Source: Octopus sinensis (Eukaryota). Taken from it: a stretch of DNA of 64,000 nt. Position 1 is the first letter of the stretch. Each line of letters starts with the position of its first letter. Under the pieces are notes generated by a model. That model did not search any database. It worked only from the letters and a program-made list of their open reading frames with translations, and was not told the DNA's origin. A program made the translations under genes and the position numbers. The stretch covers positions 23,374,001 to 23,438,000 of the forward strand of contig NC_043018.1 of NCBI RefSeq assembly GCF_006345805.1, written 5' to 3'. Of the stretch, positions 23,821 through 37,637 are shown one piece after another.

Positions 23821-24614
23821 AGAGAAGGAGAGAGAGAGAGAGAGTGTGTGTGTGTGATTTATATAACCGCGTATTTAATGAATGTATGAATGGTACGTTA
23901 AGTCCCAGGACAGTCCAGATCGGGTCGATTAGTCATCACCGGCGTTCCACCACGACCATTCCATATTACCAGCAACAGTGTTTTGTATATATTCATTGTT
24001 TCTTTTCAAGACGGTTGGATGTGATCTAAGTGGAAATTCAGCTGCTATTTCTAGCTTGACGTTGTTTCTAACTGGACTACCTTCCCTCTTTAATATAAAC
24101 CTTAATACCTTTTCTTTACTACCCACAAGGGGCTAAACACAGAGGGGACAAACAAGGACGTAGGCCGAACGGTACTTGATAACAGAATCATTAGGGGCAT
24201 CGCATAAATTACATATTTTGGTCGCTTCGTTTTTTTTTTTTTTACTACGTTCTGAGTTCAAATCCCGGTGATGCAAGACTTTGCTGCTTTCATCCTTCGG
24301 ACATTCCGGGGCCGAGAAAATAAAATACCAGTAAAATATTATGGACAATCTAACAAATTTTCGATCTTGTATTTGTGTTTCTTAAAAAAATCAATACAAC
24401 GTTCGTGATTGTGTGCGTATGTACATCACCTGCATGTTAATATGAAGCTTGAGTGCATACTTTGAGTGTGAGGTTGATCTTGAGTTCGTGTTAATAACGT
24501 TTGAGTGAAGTATAGGATATTTTTGGAATCTAAAAGGTTTTTTTTTTTTGTGGTTGCATGTTCCAGTGTGTTCGACGTCTCATTATAATGTGACAATTAC
24601 GTTTATATAATTAA

Positions 24615-24994
24615 CTAGCAGTATCGCCCGGCGTTGCTCGGGTTTGTAAGGGGAATAACTATATAAGCATTTTTAGAGTTATAGCCAAAAAATAGCAAAA
24701 AAATGCATTAAAAATGGAAAAAAAATTTATGGTAAATTTTTTAAAATTGTTGACTCATCGTAGACATTTTTAGAGAGTTACTTCCCTTATATAATAGCGA
24801 AAAAATGCATTAAAATGGAAAAAAATGATGGTAAATTTTTTTTTAATCGTAGACGCGGGCTAATACCCAGAAGGGCTCGATATGAATCACGACTATAAGA
24901 TACCCGGTTTTGGTTAAACTGCACCGCAAAATGTGGGAGTAAGGAATCTAAATCGTAGGAGACAGACACACAACTTCTCTTTTATATATAAAGA
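24615..24994 (-). mobile_element. Non-autonomous Helitron
   Basis: On minus strand: 5' TC, subterminal hairpin cccgagcaacgccggg, 3' CTAG, inserted between A and T, no TSD. Confidence 0.85.
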
Positions 24995-25298
24995 TGTCTG
25001 TGTGGTTTACGTAATATGTTAGTGTGTGTGTATACATGTGTTTGATTTTATGCATGCGTGTGATTATAGAATGTTTGTGTTAGAGTATTTACGAATTTGT
25101 GTAGCTACATGTGTTTGTGTGTATATATATATTGAGCGTGCGCACCTGTCTCTGTACGTGTATTTATATACTGTTTGTGTATATGTATACGACACGTTTA
25201 CGTGTTTGTATCTCTGTCTAATTAATTAATACCTGTTATTTTATAACGCGTTGCTGTCTATAAAATGTTTGTGTATATGTGTGTGTGTGTGTAATATA

Positions 25299-25685
25299 TC
25301 TTTATATATAAAAGTGAAGTTGTGTGTCTGTCTCCTACGATTTAGATTCCTAACTACTCCCACATTTTGCGGTGTAGTTTAACCAAAACCGGGTATCTTA
25401 TAGTCGTGATTCATATCGAGCCCTTCTGGGGATTAGCGCGCGTCTACGATGAGTCTACGATTTTTAAAATAATTTACCATTATTTTTTTCCATTTTAATG
25501 CATTTTTTTCGCTATTATATAAGGGAAGTAACTCTCTAAAAATGTCAACGATTTAAAAAAAATTTACCATCATTTTTTTCCATTTTTAATGCTTTTTTTT
25601 TGCTATTTTTTGGCTATAACTCTCTAAAAATGCTTATATAGTTATTTCCCTTACAAACCCGAGCAACGCCGGGCGATACTGCTAG
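25299..25685 (+). mobile_element. Non-autonomous Helitron (same family)
   Basis: a|tctttatatataaaag ... cccgagcaacgccgggcgatactgctag|t. Confidence 0.88.
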
Positions 25686-26074
25686 TTTTATATAAACGCG
25701 TTTGTATGTGTTTAATGCTTGCGTGTGTTTATATAACGCGTTTATATGTGCGTGTGTCTATATAATAATGTTTGTTTTTGCGTTTATATAACGCATTTGT
25801 CTGTACCTTTCCAACGATCTGTAGCGTAGCTCGGTGATATCAAAACTGTTGTGTTTTTCTCCTTATTCTTTACTGGCACTCTTATTCCCTTATGCCCTAT
25901 ATTTGGCTATCTTCTCTTTGGTAAGGGCGACTGTGCGGCTTTTAAAAGGAGACATTTCTGTCACCAACTCCTTTACGTACGGCCGTCACAGCAGATCCTT
26001 TAAGCACGCGCCCTGAAATTTTTGAGGGTGGCTGACTTATCGGTTACATCAACCCCAAGTGCTCGACTGACACT

Positions 26075-26812
26075 TATTTCGTCTGCCGTTACTTTTCTGA
26101 GTTCAAATTCCGCCGAGGTCGACTTTGCCTTTCATCCTTTCGGGGTCGATAAATTAAGTACCAGTTACGCACTGGGGTCGGGTCGATGTAATCGACCTAT
26201 TCCGTTTGTCTGTCCTTGTTTGTCCCCTCTGTGTTTAGCCCCTTGTGGGTAGTAAAGAAATAGGTATTTCGTCTGTCTTTACGTTCTGTGTTCAAATTCC
26301 GCCGAGGTCGACTTTGCCTTTCATCCTTTCGGGGGTCGATAAATTAAGTACCAGTTACGCACTGGAGTCGATGTAATCGACGTATTCCGTTTGTCTGTCC
26401 TTGTTTGTCCCCTCTGTGTTTAGCCCCTTGTGGGTAGTAAAGAAATAGGTATTTCGTCTGTCTTTATGTTCTGTGTTCAAATTCCGCCGAGGTCGACTTT
26501 GTCTTTCATCCTTTCGGGGTCGATAAATTAAGTACCAGTTACGCACTGGGGTCGATGTAATCGACATATTCCGTTTGTCTGTCCTTGTTTGTCCCCTCTG
26601 TGTTTAGCCCCTTGTGGGTAGTAAAGAAATAGGTATTTCGTCTGTCTTTACGTTCTGTGTTCAAATTCCGCCGAGGTCGACTTTGCCTTTCATCCTTTCG
26701 GGGGTCGATAAATTAAGTACCAGTTACGCACTGGGGTCGATGTAATCGACGTATTCCGTTTGTCTGTCCTTGTTTGTCCCCCTCTGTGTTTATCCCCTTG
26801 TGGACAATAAAA
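26075..26812 (+). repeat. Tandem array of four 184-190-bp units of family D SINE body plus tail
   Basis: gtctg anchor at 26081, 26271, 26456, 26640; each unit has gcctttcatcctttcggggtcgataaattaagtacc and tttagccccttgtgg. Confidence 0.9.
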
Positions 26813-27522
26813 AAAAAATTATCAACCCCGAAAGAGGAAAAGGCAAAGTCAACCTCGACAAAATCTTTTTCTAGTAACGCAGTTGTCTTCAATGATTTTT
26901 TAATTGATTTTTTAAAAAATTTCTTCCGCTTTTTCATTGTTTTTCTTTCTTCGGTTTTGAATTTGTATTTTAATGTGGTTTTATATTATATATGTTTATG
27001 AGTGCGTGTACGTATGTATATATGTTTGAATGTGAATATATGTATGTGTGTATTTTTGTGCTTGTATGTATATTTGTATGTAAAGGTATTTATTAAAAAA
27101 AAATTTTTTTTCAACTGAATTGCTTTTGTTTATTTTTTGTATATATATATGTATGTGCTTGTTTGTGTGTATGTATATTTGTGTAAGTATATGTGTATAC
27201 ACAAACGCAAATACACATACACTGTACTTATATACGCACAAATATAAATACCAGACACATAAACACAAAACATACACAAAAAAAAAAAAAAACACATCAA
27301 GAAGCGATTCAACTAAAAAAGAAAGAAAGAAAGAATTTTTTTTTAAATGGAAATTACCGAAAGAATACTTTCACTTTTCATGTACGGCTATCGAAAGATT
27401 CTCCCGATCTTTATTTTCATGGAATATATCGCAGCTAATAAAATAAAATTGTACACAAATACATGTATTGTTTACATATGTTTCATTGATCATATACATA
27501 CATACATACATACATACATACA

Positions 27523-27554
<32 letters not shown>

Positions 27555-28383
27555 ATGTCTAAATGTGTATTTATGTAATATTTGTATGATTTTTTTTTCG
27601 TCTTTGCGTATATATTTACATACTATTTGAGAGTGTGTATGTCTCTTTATATATTCGAGTGTATTCAATATTCTGGGCGTACATTTTTATATTGTTCGAG
27701 CGTGTGTTTATATTTCAATGCATGTAACAACTTCTTATATAACAGGCTCTAATATATCGGTAACCTTTTCCGAGAAGCGAGCCGCATGAGACACATGGGC
27801 CTTCATCAGGTGGGCCGCACAACTAAAACAATTTAAAGGCAATTTTTCTTTAGATGTGCCGTTCAGAAAGTCCCACGGGCTGCAATTTGTCCATGATTGT
27901 ATTAGAGTGGGTTCTATGTTCAGTGTATATGCGGTTTTGTGTGTTTATATAACATTTAATGTTGTCAAATGTCCTTGAAATGGACCCAAGGGAAAAGAAG
28001 AGAGGTTCCTATATAGAGAGCATACCTACACAATTGTGCCTAACCGAGTTTGTTTCATCATAACTTTCAGAAAAATGAATATTTTTTAATGAAGGTTTCT
28101 GCAAATACATTTCAGATTGTGTAGATTCCAAATATATCGGAATTTATTGTGAAAAATATTTTCGGACAGCAGGAGAGGACTTTCGAATAACGCATACAAC
28201 TCGATTTTGTTTTCTCGTAACTTTCAGAAAACTGGGCATTTTTCATTATATTTCTTTTTTACATATACCTTTCAGATGGTGTAAATTACAATTATAGCAG
28301 AATTTAATGTGCAAAATAAAATTAAATAAACAAAGAAATGAATAAAAGAAAATTGGTCCGGTGGTGCACACATCAACTCACAC

Positions 28384-28546
28384 CACTAGCGTAGCAGGTG
28401 GGAATGGGGGCGATCCGCCTTGGGCGGCACTTTTAAAGGAGCACCACTTGTGGATCTGCAGTAGGTAATATGTGTTTTTTTGTGGGGTCTGGGGGCAGCA
28501 AACGGAAGGTCCACCCCGGGCGGCACACATTCTAGCCACGCTAGTG
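28384..28546. mobile_element. Short GC-rich hAT-like MITE
   Basis: TIRs cactagcgtagc / gccacgctagtg; related inverted copy at ~17447-17615. Confidence 0.55.
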
Positions 28547-28615
28547 CGCACATCACGGATCTTTCAAAATTTCAAGTTTCATTTTGTTGATGTGTGTGTG
28601 TGTGTGTGTGTGTAG

Positions 28616-28660
<45 letters not shown>

Positions 28661-29014
28661 GAGCATGACCTTGTGGTTAAAGGGTTTTGCGCTCACGATC
28701 GCGAGATTGTAGTTTCAAATCCTAGTGGGTTCAATGTTCAGTGAATACATCTTTGTGTGTGCTTATATAATATTCAGTATTATATAAACTGGGTGGTGCG
28801 TCGGGTTCTTGAGCAAAACACTTCATCTCACTTTGCTCTGAGATCACTTCCAACACCTGACACCTGGTACACCGGGTCCCTGTTCAGGCAACGTCGGTTT
28901 GATGGCAGCAGTGAGCCAATGTATAACACATATATTTGGTCACTATAAACAAACCAATTTGTGCTGGTGATTCAGCAACAGGTGAACACTCAAACGTTAA
29001 ATTAAACAGGTGAG

Positions 29015-29291
29015 GGGTCTTTTCGGTTTGAACGGCAGTTTCTAACATAATTTCTAGGCAACTAAAAAATTTTAAACTTCGTATACTGGTAGAATGTGTT
29101 TATAAAGCATCTTTTTCTCTTGGCTTTCTTGAGAAAATTCTATAGTTTGTAAGATATTTGTTTTTTTCTTCAATTTCTGCAATTTCAACCAATCAATGAT
29201 GTCTATTGAGGTGAAAACATTCTGTGCCGTATGAATATGTCCCTCGTTTAAGAAACAGATTGGGTTTATTTACATTTGTGAAGGAAAAAAG
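29015..29291. mobile_element. Partial copy of the 10475 MITE
   Basis: tcttttcggtttgaacggcag...aagaaacagattgggttt. Confidence 0.8.
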
Positions 29292-29383
29292 ACGCACCTG
29301 GACAGCTTCCTGCTAGCCAGTTCCGTATCAGACTGTCCAAGCATAGGGACTGGACGTTAAATGATGATGACGATGATGATGAT

Positions 29384-29625
29384 GATCATCATCGTCGTTT
29401 AACGTCCGCTTTCTATGTTGGCATGGGTTGGATGGTTTGACTGAGGACTGGCATGCCAGAAGCTTGCACCAGGCTCCAGGCTGGTTTGGTAAGGTTTCTA
29501 CAGCTGGATGCCCTTCCTAACACCAACCACTCCAAAAGTGTAGTGGATGCCTTTTACGCGCCACTGGCACGAGGGCCAGTCAGGTGGCACTGGCATCAAC
29601 CACGCTTGAGTGGTGCTTTTTACGG
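29384..29625 (-). mobile_element. Family B element
   Basis: (cat)n cgtttaacgtccgc tail and ctggatgcccttcctaa. Confidence 0.8.
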
Positions 29626-30287
29626 GCCAAACACATGTGTAGATGTGGGGGTTTATGGTTTGGGTGTTGCACACGTGATCATAAGATTGGGGTTTCAATT
29701 CCTGAACTGGGCAATGCGTTGTGTTTCTTGAGCAAGACACTTCATTTCACATTGCTCCAGTCCACTCAGCTGTGATTGGGTAACCTTGAGATAGATGGGC
29801 ACTCTGTTCAAGGAGATTGTTGACCAGCTTGCCTAGGCAGGGTGGGGGTGGCATCATTCAAAAGCCACAGCAATGCAAGGAAGCACATTATGACCAGTGA
29901 TGTATGACAACATCAGACACACGTACCACACACACACACTCGCACTGCATTGGTCAGTCTGGGCTGTAATAGAAGACACTTGCCTAAAGAGCTGTGCAAT
30001 GGGACTGAACCCAAAACTACATGATTGCAATACAAACTTCTTAACAACACAGCCAACACATCTATTCACCCATTGCTTCCAAATGAATTTTCTAGTAACT
30101 GTCTGGAAGTTAACATATATCTCATACAGTTAGAAAATATATACTCTGTAGTGTTTTAAGATTCAATAATCAATATAGTCTATTTTCTGTCTTTCTCTTG
30201 TGAAAGAAATGCGAATGACATAGTTTTCTCTATTATGTGACTTTTATTTTGTACCTGATGTCGCCAAGGATGTCTTTCTCACATAAC

Positions 30288-30480
30288 ACAGGGGTGCTGA
30301 AAAGTTCCTGGCTTTGAGTAAAAGAAAATACAGGAGGATCAGTTAATTATGATTTTATCTAACATATTCCCCTCTCAGATTCACACACTTATTGCAGTGG
30401 TCCTTCAGTTTTTCTAATCCCTGTAAAAGAACTTAGAAGTTTGGGCCTCTAATCAGGCTTTTCACAATACCCTTAAAGCC
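30288..30480. mobile_element. Mariner-like terminal fragment
   Basis: acaggggtgctgaaaagttcctggct resembles a Tc1/mariner TIR; truncated at (TA)n. Confidence 0.45.
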
Positions 30481-30559
30481 ATATATATATATATATATAT
30501 ATATAGGCATTCCTTTGATATACCTCGACAGAGTTGGAACATTTCACTTCAGGTATTTC

Positions 30560-30948
30560 CGTAAAAAGGCACATAAAAAGCACCATTCGAGCGTGATCGT
30601 TACCAGCGTTGCCTTACTGGCACTTGTGCTGGTGGAATGTGAAAAAAAACATTCGAGCGAGGTCATTGCCAGTGCCGCTGGACTGGCTCCTGTGAAGGTG
30701 GCACATAAAAAGCACCATTTGAGCGTGGCCGTTGCCAGTACCGCCTGACTGGCCCTCATGCTGGTGGCACGTAAAAGCACCCACTAAACTCTCGGAGTGG
30801 TTGGCGTTAGGAAGGGCATCCAGCTGTAGAAACTCTGCCAGATCAGATCGGAGGCTGGCACAGCCATCTGATTCGCCAGACATCAGTCAAATCGTCCAAT
30901 CCATGCTAGCATGGAAAGCAAACGTTAAACGATGATGATGATGATGAT
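30560..30948 (+). mobile_element. Family B element
   Basis: Four taaaaagcacc-type modules, aggaagggcatccagc, (gat)n tail. Confidence 0.85.
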
Positions 30949-30990
30949 ATATATATAAATATATATATATAAATATATATATATATAATA

Positions 30991-31030
<40 letters not shown>

Positions 31031-31843
31031 AAGTGAGATAGGGGTTATGAGTGTAACCCACTATGGGATATCAGTTATTCAATATACTGCTGGTGAAGCA
31101 CCCAAAAGGCAAATACATAAATGTTTATAATTGCAATGCAATTAATTCATTTATTGTATGAGATGGGCGAAGGTAAAATATTTTACCTCAAATTCATAAT
31201 ATAAATAAGAAAATGGAGGAACAGATTCCTTTCAATCATCGATATATATATATTTATATCATCCTCGTCATAATCATTTAATATCTGCTTTCCATACTAG
31301 TATTGGAAAGATGGTTTGACTGGTGAGCTGCATCAGGCTTTAGTCTGTTTTTGCTTAGTTTATGTAGCTGAATGTACTTCCTAATGCCAACCACTCTATA
31401 GACTGTGCTAGATTTGTTTTACATGTCACCAGCATGGATGCCTTCTATGTGTCACCAGTACAAGTGCCTTTTACGTGCCATACACATACTCACACATATC
31501 ATTTTCTTCATCCACTATTCCATGCTTGTATGGGTTAGATGCATTTTTTTCTAGGCAGACTTTCAACAGCTGGATGCCCTTCCTGTCACCAAGCCTTACC
31601 TGTTTCCAAGCAAGGTAATATTTCCTCATGGCCAGATACATTTTCACAGAATTTGGGAAATGAATGACATTCATTAACAGCAATCACAGGATGTCAAGAT
31701 AAGGAGACACGTACATAAACACCCTTTCCCTCAAACACACACATAAGAAAAGGTGTAAATAATGGGATTTATACATTTATTTATTTGTGCATTGTACACT
31801 TACAGTTGTTTCTGGTGTATATTTTAGGTGCATACATAGTTCT

Positions 31844-32073
31844 TATTTCTTTACTGCCCACAAGGGGCTAAACATAGAAGGGACAAACAAGGACAGACAA
31901 AGTGATGAAGTCGATTACACTGACCCCAGTGCGTAACTGGTACTTAATTTATTGACCCCGAAAGGATGAAAGGCAAAGTCGACCTCAGGTGAATTTGAAC
32001 TCAGAACGTAACGGAAGACGAAATACTGCTAAGCATTTTGCCCGGCGTACCAACGTTTCTGCCAGCTTGCCGC
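31844..32073 (-). mobile_element. Full-length family D SINE with 13-bp TSD
   Basis: TSD catacatagttct at 31831-31843 and 32074-32086. Confidence 0.85.
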
Positions 32074-32208
32074 CATACATAGTTCTGTGCATACATAGTT
32101 GGTCAATTGATTGGTTGAAAAAAGTGAATGACCATTTATAATGGTATTTTCTTCCAAGTCAGTACATGATATGCTGACACTCTCTCTTTGTGTATACACA
32201 CACACACA

Positions 32209-32273
<65 letters not shown>

Positions 32274-33243
32274 TTTCAAAGTAGATGATGTTAAAACTTA
32301 GATAGATAAGTTAAATTTTATGAAACATAACTTGTCCTAGAACTTTTTGATACCTGCCTCATATATATGGCAGGCTTCTTTCAGTTTCCATCTGCCAAAT
32401 CCAATCACAAGGGTTTTGATTGGCCTGGGGCTATGATGGAAGGCACTTGGTCAAGGTCCACACAAGAGACTGAACCTGAAACCATGTGATTGGGAAACAA
32501 ACTTCTAAGCCACACAGCCAAGGGAAGTAACTCAAGTAGACCACTGGCATAACTGTAAGCAATTCAGTTTGGCATGTATATTGAATGTAGAGTGTGTATA
32601 TTGTGTGTATGTATGTACGTTATGTTGTGTGAATGTGTGTGTATGTGCATGTAAGTTGAGTTGTGGTGTGTGTGGTGTGTTGTATGTAGTATGTCATGTG
32701 TGTGTATGCATGTTATATATTGTGTATGTTGTTAGCATGTGTTTGTGTGTGTGTTGTGTGTATGTCTAAATTGTGTCTGTTCTGATGTCATAAATTGTAT
32801 GCACACACACACACACATGCATGCATATATATATATACACACACACTCACATACATATGCACATGCACACACATACACACATATTGTATGTGTTGTGCAT
32901 ATGTGTGTGAGCATGACAATTTGTGCTGACGTCAGCAGCAGCCACAACAATGGTGGTTATACGGTATGTTGTGTAGGCGGACGTCCATCCTACACATATT
33001 TTTAGGTGTTGCTGGGACACATATTCTTGGCAAATGTGGGTGTTATTGACAAGTGATGATGGTGGTGGTGGTGGTGGTGGTGGTGGTAGTATCAATGAAA
33101 GAGGGAGAGAGAGAGAGAGAGAGAGAGGGAAGAAGACAAGGGATTCATCTTTTGGTTACATGTTTATGCTGTATGTAGATGTTATTGGATAGATTGATAA
33201 TGATGGTGATGATATTGAGGATGGCGGTGTTGGTGGTGACAAT

Positions 33244-33307
<64 letters not shown>

Positions 33308-33857
33308 TGAAGGATTTGTCTCTTGGACATGTGATTCTAGTGTATGTGGGTGTTAGAGGACAAACTGATTATGACGATGATGAAGATGATGATGATGGTG
33401 CTGGTGGGAACAGTGGTGGCAGCGGCTGTGGTGGTGGCGGTGGTGGTGGTGGTGGTGGTGGTGGTGGTGGTGGTGGTGGTGGTGGTGGTGGTGGCTGTGT
33501 TACTGAGGGATGGTGTGAGAAGAAGTTGGGACATGTTGTTGCTATATTTTAAATTTTAAATTTTTTTAGTTCCAGTCTAGCTTTCATTATAATCAAAACC
33601 ATTCCAGATGTGACCATCACCGTTCCACCTTCTAAACAGATACTATCTATGTATTTAAGACAGTGATGGGAATTGGTTTTAAGAATTAGGGATACATTAA
33701 GCTCTGTGAGGTTGAAGTTGGAAGGACTAGGGTAGGATGGACACCCTGAGTGTCCCTCACTCTCGTAGCATAGGCTCATAAGGGACCACTGAGCCCCTTG
33801 CTCACATCTCCATTTCCATCACTGATCAAAGACCACATTATCCAATGCTTTCTTTCA

Positions 33858-34460
33858 GGTGTGACTGTGTGGTTTTGAGTTCAGTTCCATTGCGTGGCAC
33901 AATAGGGAAGTGTCTTCTGGGCTGATCAAAGCCTTGTGACTGAATTTGGTTGGTGGAAACTGTGTGGAAGACTGTCATGCGTGCATGTTCACACACATAT
34001 ATATATGTTGGTATGTGTGTGTCATGTGTTTATGTTTGTCTCCCACCTATTTCTTTACTACCCACAAGGGGCTAAACACAGAGAGGACAAACAAGGACAG
34101 ACAAACGGATTAAGTCGATTATATCGACCCCAGTGCGTAACTGGTACTTATTTAATCGACCCCGAAAGGATGAAAGGCAACGTCAACCTCGGCGGAATCT
34201 GAACTCAGAACATAGTGGCAGACGAAATACTGCTAAGCATTTCACCCGGTGTGCTAACGTTTCTGCCAGCTCGCCGCCTGCATGATAACAGAGATTGGTT
34301 TATTTATGTGACCCTGTAACTTAGCAGTCCAGCAAAAGAGATTGATAGAATAAGTACCAGACCTAAGACAAAACAAGTACTGGGGTTGATTTGTTTGACT
34401 CGTCCTTTTAAGGTAGTGCTCCAGCATGGACGCAGTACAATGACTGAGACAAGTAAAGGG
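33858..34460 (+). mobile_element. Diverged family A SINE interrupted by a family D SINE (34048-34278, minus)
   Basis: Family A halves flank tatttctttactacccacaagggg...ctcgccgcc. Confidence 0.75.
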
Positions 34461-34599
34461 TAACAGATAGTACTGGTGCAATTAAGAAATATTTGGTTTG
34501 TTATTTCTAGCAAACTGAGTGACTACATAGAGGCAGGAACATCTTTCTAGCATTGTTGTTGATGATGCTGCTGCCACCACACATTGTCGATGAGATAAA

Positions 34600-35010
34600 T
34601 CCTTTCTACTGGAAGCACAAGGCCTCAAATTTTGGGGAAGAGATTAAGTTGATTACATCGACCCCAGGCCGTTCGCCAGCCTCGTCTGGCACCTGTGTCG
34701 GTGACACATAAAAAGCACCCACTACACTCACGGAGTGGTTGGCGTTAGGAAGGGCATCCAGCTGTAGAAACACTGCCAGATTTGACTGGCCTGGTGCAGC
34801 CTTCGGGCTTCCCAGACCCCAGTTGAACCGTCCAACCCATGCTAGCATGGAAAGCGGACGTTAAACGACGATGATGAGTGCATGACTGGTACTTATTTAA
34901 TTGACTCTGAAAGGATGAAAGTCAAAGTCAACCTCAGTGGAATTTGAACTCAGAACATGAAAACAGACGAAATACCTCAAAGCATTTTACCTGGCATGCT
35001 AATGATTCTG
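34600..35010 (-). mobile_element. Family D SINE interrupted by a family B element (34667-34876, plus)
   Basis: ...gaccccag | family B with (gat)n tail | tgcatgactggtacttatt... Confidence 0.75.
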
Positions 35011-35216
35011 CCAACTCACTGCCCTTGCAGGGAGATAAATCACCTGCAATTGCCTCTGCTGAGACTACCTAATCATATGATTTTGACCTTCCTAAACCTT
35101 GCCAATGGTAGTTGCTTGATTGCTGGAAATAGTAGTCGTATCTCTGCTAGCAATATACATAGAACCTCAGAACCTAATCAGACGTTGATGTCCCAAATCG
35201 CCAGTGGGCTAATTAA

Positions 35217-35437
35217 CCCTTTAGCATTTAAACCGGCCATATCCAGCCAAAAGTATTCTGCTTGTTTTATGTTCAAATTGGCCAGATCTGGTCTCTCACA
35301 CAAACCCTACAATATTGTTTTAAAAATTAACAGCTACCTCATCAAAATCTCATAACTACAAGATAATGCATGATTAGTTCAAAACAAAGTGGATGAAAAA
35401 GCATTAATTTTGGCAGAATAATGTAAACACTAAAGGG
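35217..35437. mobile_element. piggyBac-type MITE with TTAA TSD
   Basis: ttaa|ccctttagcattt ... aacactaaaggg|ttaa. Confidence 0.85.
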
Positions 35438-35708
35438 TTAAAATATAATCATTAGCAGCAGAAGCAGTATAAACATGAAAAGGAAATATTTATCCCTGTT
35501 TTTCAAAGTCATCAAAGGTTGAAATGTCTAGCTTTGTATCTATATTAAAAAGTAAACTCATAAAGTTTAGACTCTTGGGTATGAGTATAAATACTGTACC
35601 CTGTTGCCAAGCCATGTCAAGCCACTATGAGAGAGTAGGCTCATCAAAACAATATGATCTCAAGTTCAAATTCACAGCCTCCATAGCATCCTGCCGTGGA
35701 TTGAGTAT

Positions 35709-36110
35709 ACTCTTTACTTTTACTCTTTTACTTGTTTCAGTCATTTGACTGTGACCATGCTGGAGCACCGCCTTTAGTCGAGCAAATCGACCCCAGGATT
35801 TATTCTTTAAAAGCCTAGTACTTATTCTATCGGTCTCTTTTGTCAAACTGCTAAGTTACGGGGATGTAAACACACCAGCATCAGTTGCCAAGCTATGTTG
35901 GGGGTACAAACGCAAACACATAAATACACACACACACATACATGTATATACATATATACGACGAGCTTCTTTCAGTTTCCATCTGCCAAATCCACTAAGG
36001 CTTCAGTCGGCCTGGGGCTATAGTAGAAGACACTTGCCGAAGGTGCCACGCTGTGGGAATGAACCCGGAACCATGTGGTTGGTAAGCAAGCTACATACCA
36101 TACAGCCACT
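35709..36110 (-). mobile_element. Family A SINE
   Basis: Near-full-length reverse match. Confidence 0.85.
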
Positions 36111-36324
36111 CATCCAGTCCATAAATTTAGACTTAGTTGATTTTTATCAGGCTCATCAAACCAGTATGATCCCAAGCTCAAATTCACAGCCTCCATATCA
36201 GACCATGGTTGATGGAGAGAACATGCCATGGCCTTCATTCCTGCAGTGGATTAAATATGGGCAATCCAGTCCATAAATTTCGACTGACAGTTGATTTTTG
36301 TCGGTCTAGCAATGATTTATAGAT

Positions 36325-36637
36325 AAAAAAGCACCATCCGAATGTGGCCGTTGCCAGCGCCGCCTTGGCTGGCTTCCATGCTGGTGGCACGTTAAAAGCT
36401 CCATCCGATCGTGGCCGATGCCGGACCCCTCTGGTACCTGTGCAGGTGGCATGTAAAAAGCACCCACTACACTCGCGGAGTGGTTGGCGTTAGGAAGGGC
36501 ATCCAGCTGTAGAAACTCTACTAGATCAGACTGGAGCCTGGTGCAGCCCCTGGCTTCCCAGACCCCGGTCGAACCGTCCAACCCATGCTAGCGCGGAAAA
36601 CAGACGTTAAATGATGATGATGATGATGATGATGATG
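36325..36637 (+). mobile_element. Family B element
   Basis: Modules plus tail gacgttaaat(gat)n. Confidence 0.85.
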
Positions 36638-37637
36638 AGTGCTAATATTAATTGTGTTTGTCCTAGATTACCATAGTGTAGTAATGTTATCGGTGTTTGT
36701 AGCCTCTTCACATTCTAAAAATACAATTACTTTGTTCTTTTTCTTATCTCAATGGATCACCATTGAAACCACTTCATTCATTGCTCCAGGATTTGCTATT
36801 AAAATATTTCATGACTAGGTGTGTGCATGTGTGGTTGTTGGTGGGGGAAAGGGGTTCCATTGTGATGGCAGAAGTAGGGGCTCATAGTCGGTAGTTGTTG
36901 GTAATCTCAATAATGTGGTAAAGCAAGTCTTGTGTGAATGCGAGTATAATCTTCCTTTTTTTTTTGTTTTTACTTTTTACTTATTTTTGGTCACTGGAGT
37001 GTGACCATGCTGGAGCATGTCCTGGAAAAGTTTAATCAAACAAATCGATCCCAGTACATAATAATTTTTACTTATTCTGTTGGTCCCTTTTGCCAAACAA
37101 ACAAACGAACACCAGTTGTCGAGTGGTGGTGGCGCTGGGAGACAAACACAGAATACACACACATGAGACAGGGGTTTGAGTCCCAAGGGCATCCTTCAAC
37201 TTTTCTATCCAAAAGGTTTCTTAACCCAATATTTACATGCTACTATTTATAGCTTTATCTGCTTCAAGATCCACCATTCCCAAAAACAAACAAAAAAGGA
37301 AAATATTTCACTTTCTCTCAAAGTTTATTAAAAGAAATTCTTATGACACCAATATACATATACTTGTGTGAACACGCTATCTTTAAGATAGCATGTTTTA
37401 CTTTGGTTTGATATCATTGTTTCATATATTCCTATAGTGTATATGCAATAATATTCATATGGTATGCATGTGAGAAGAATGCTGGCAAAATATGCAACAT
37501 GAAGGAAGCTAGAACATCAATATTGGAAAACATAAACTAGAGCTGCAAGATGAAAGGCAATTATGTTAAGATCATGCATTTATAAAGTAATGAAAAAATT
37601 ACTACCTAAAGACTACCAATCAATAAGTTTATATATA

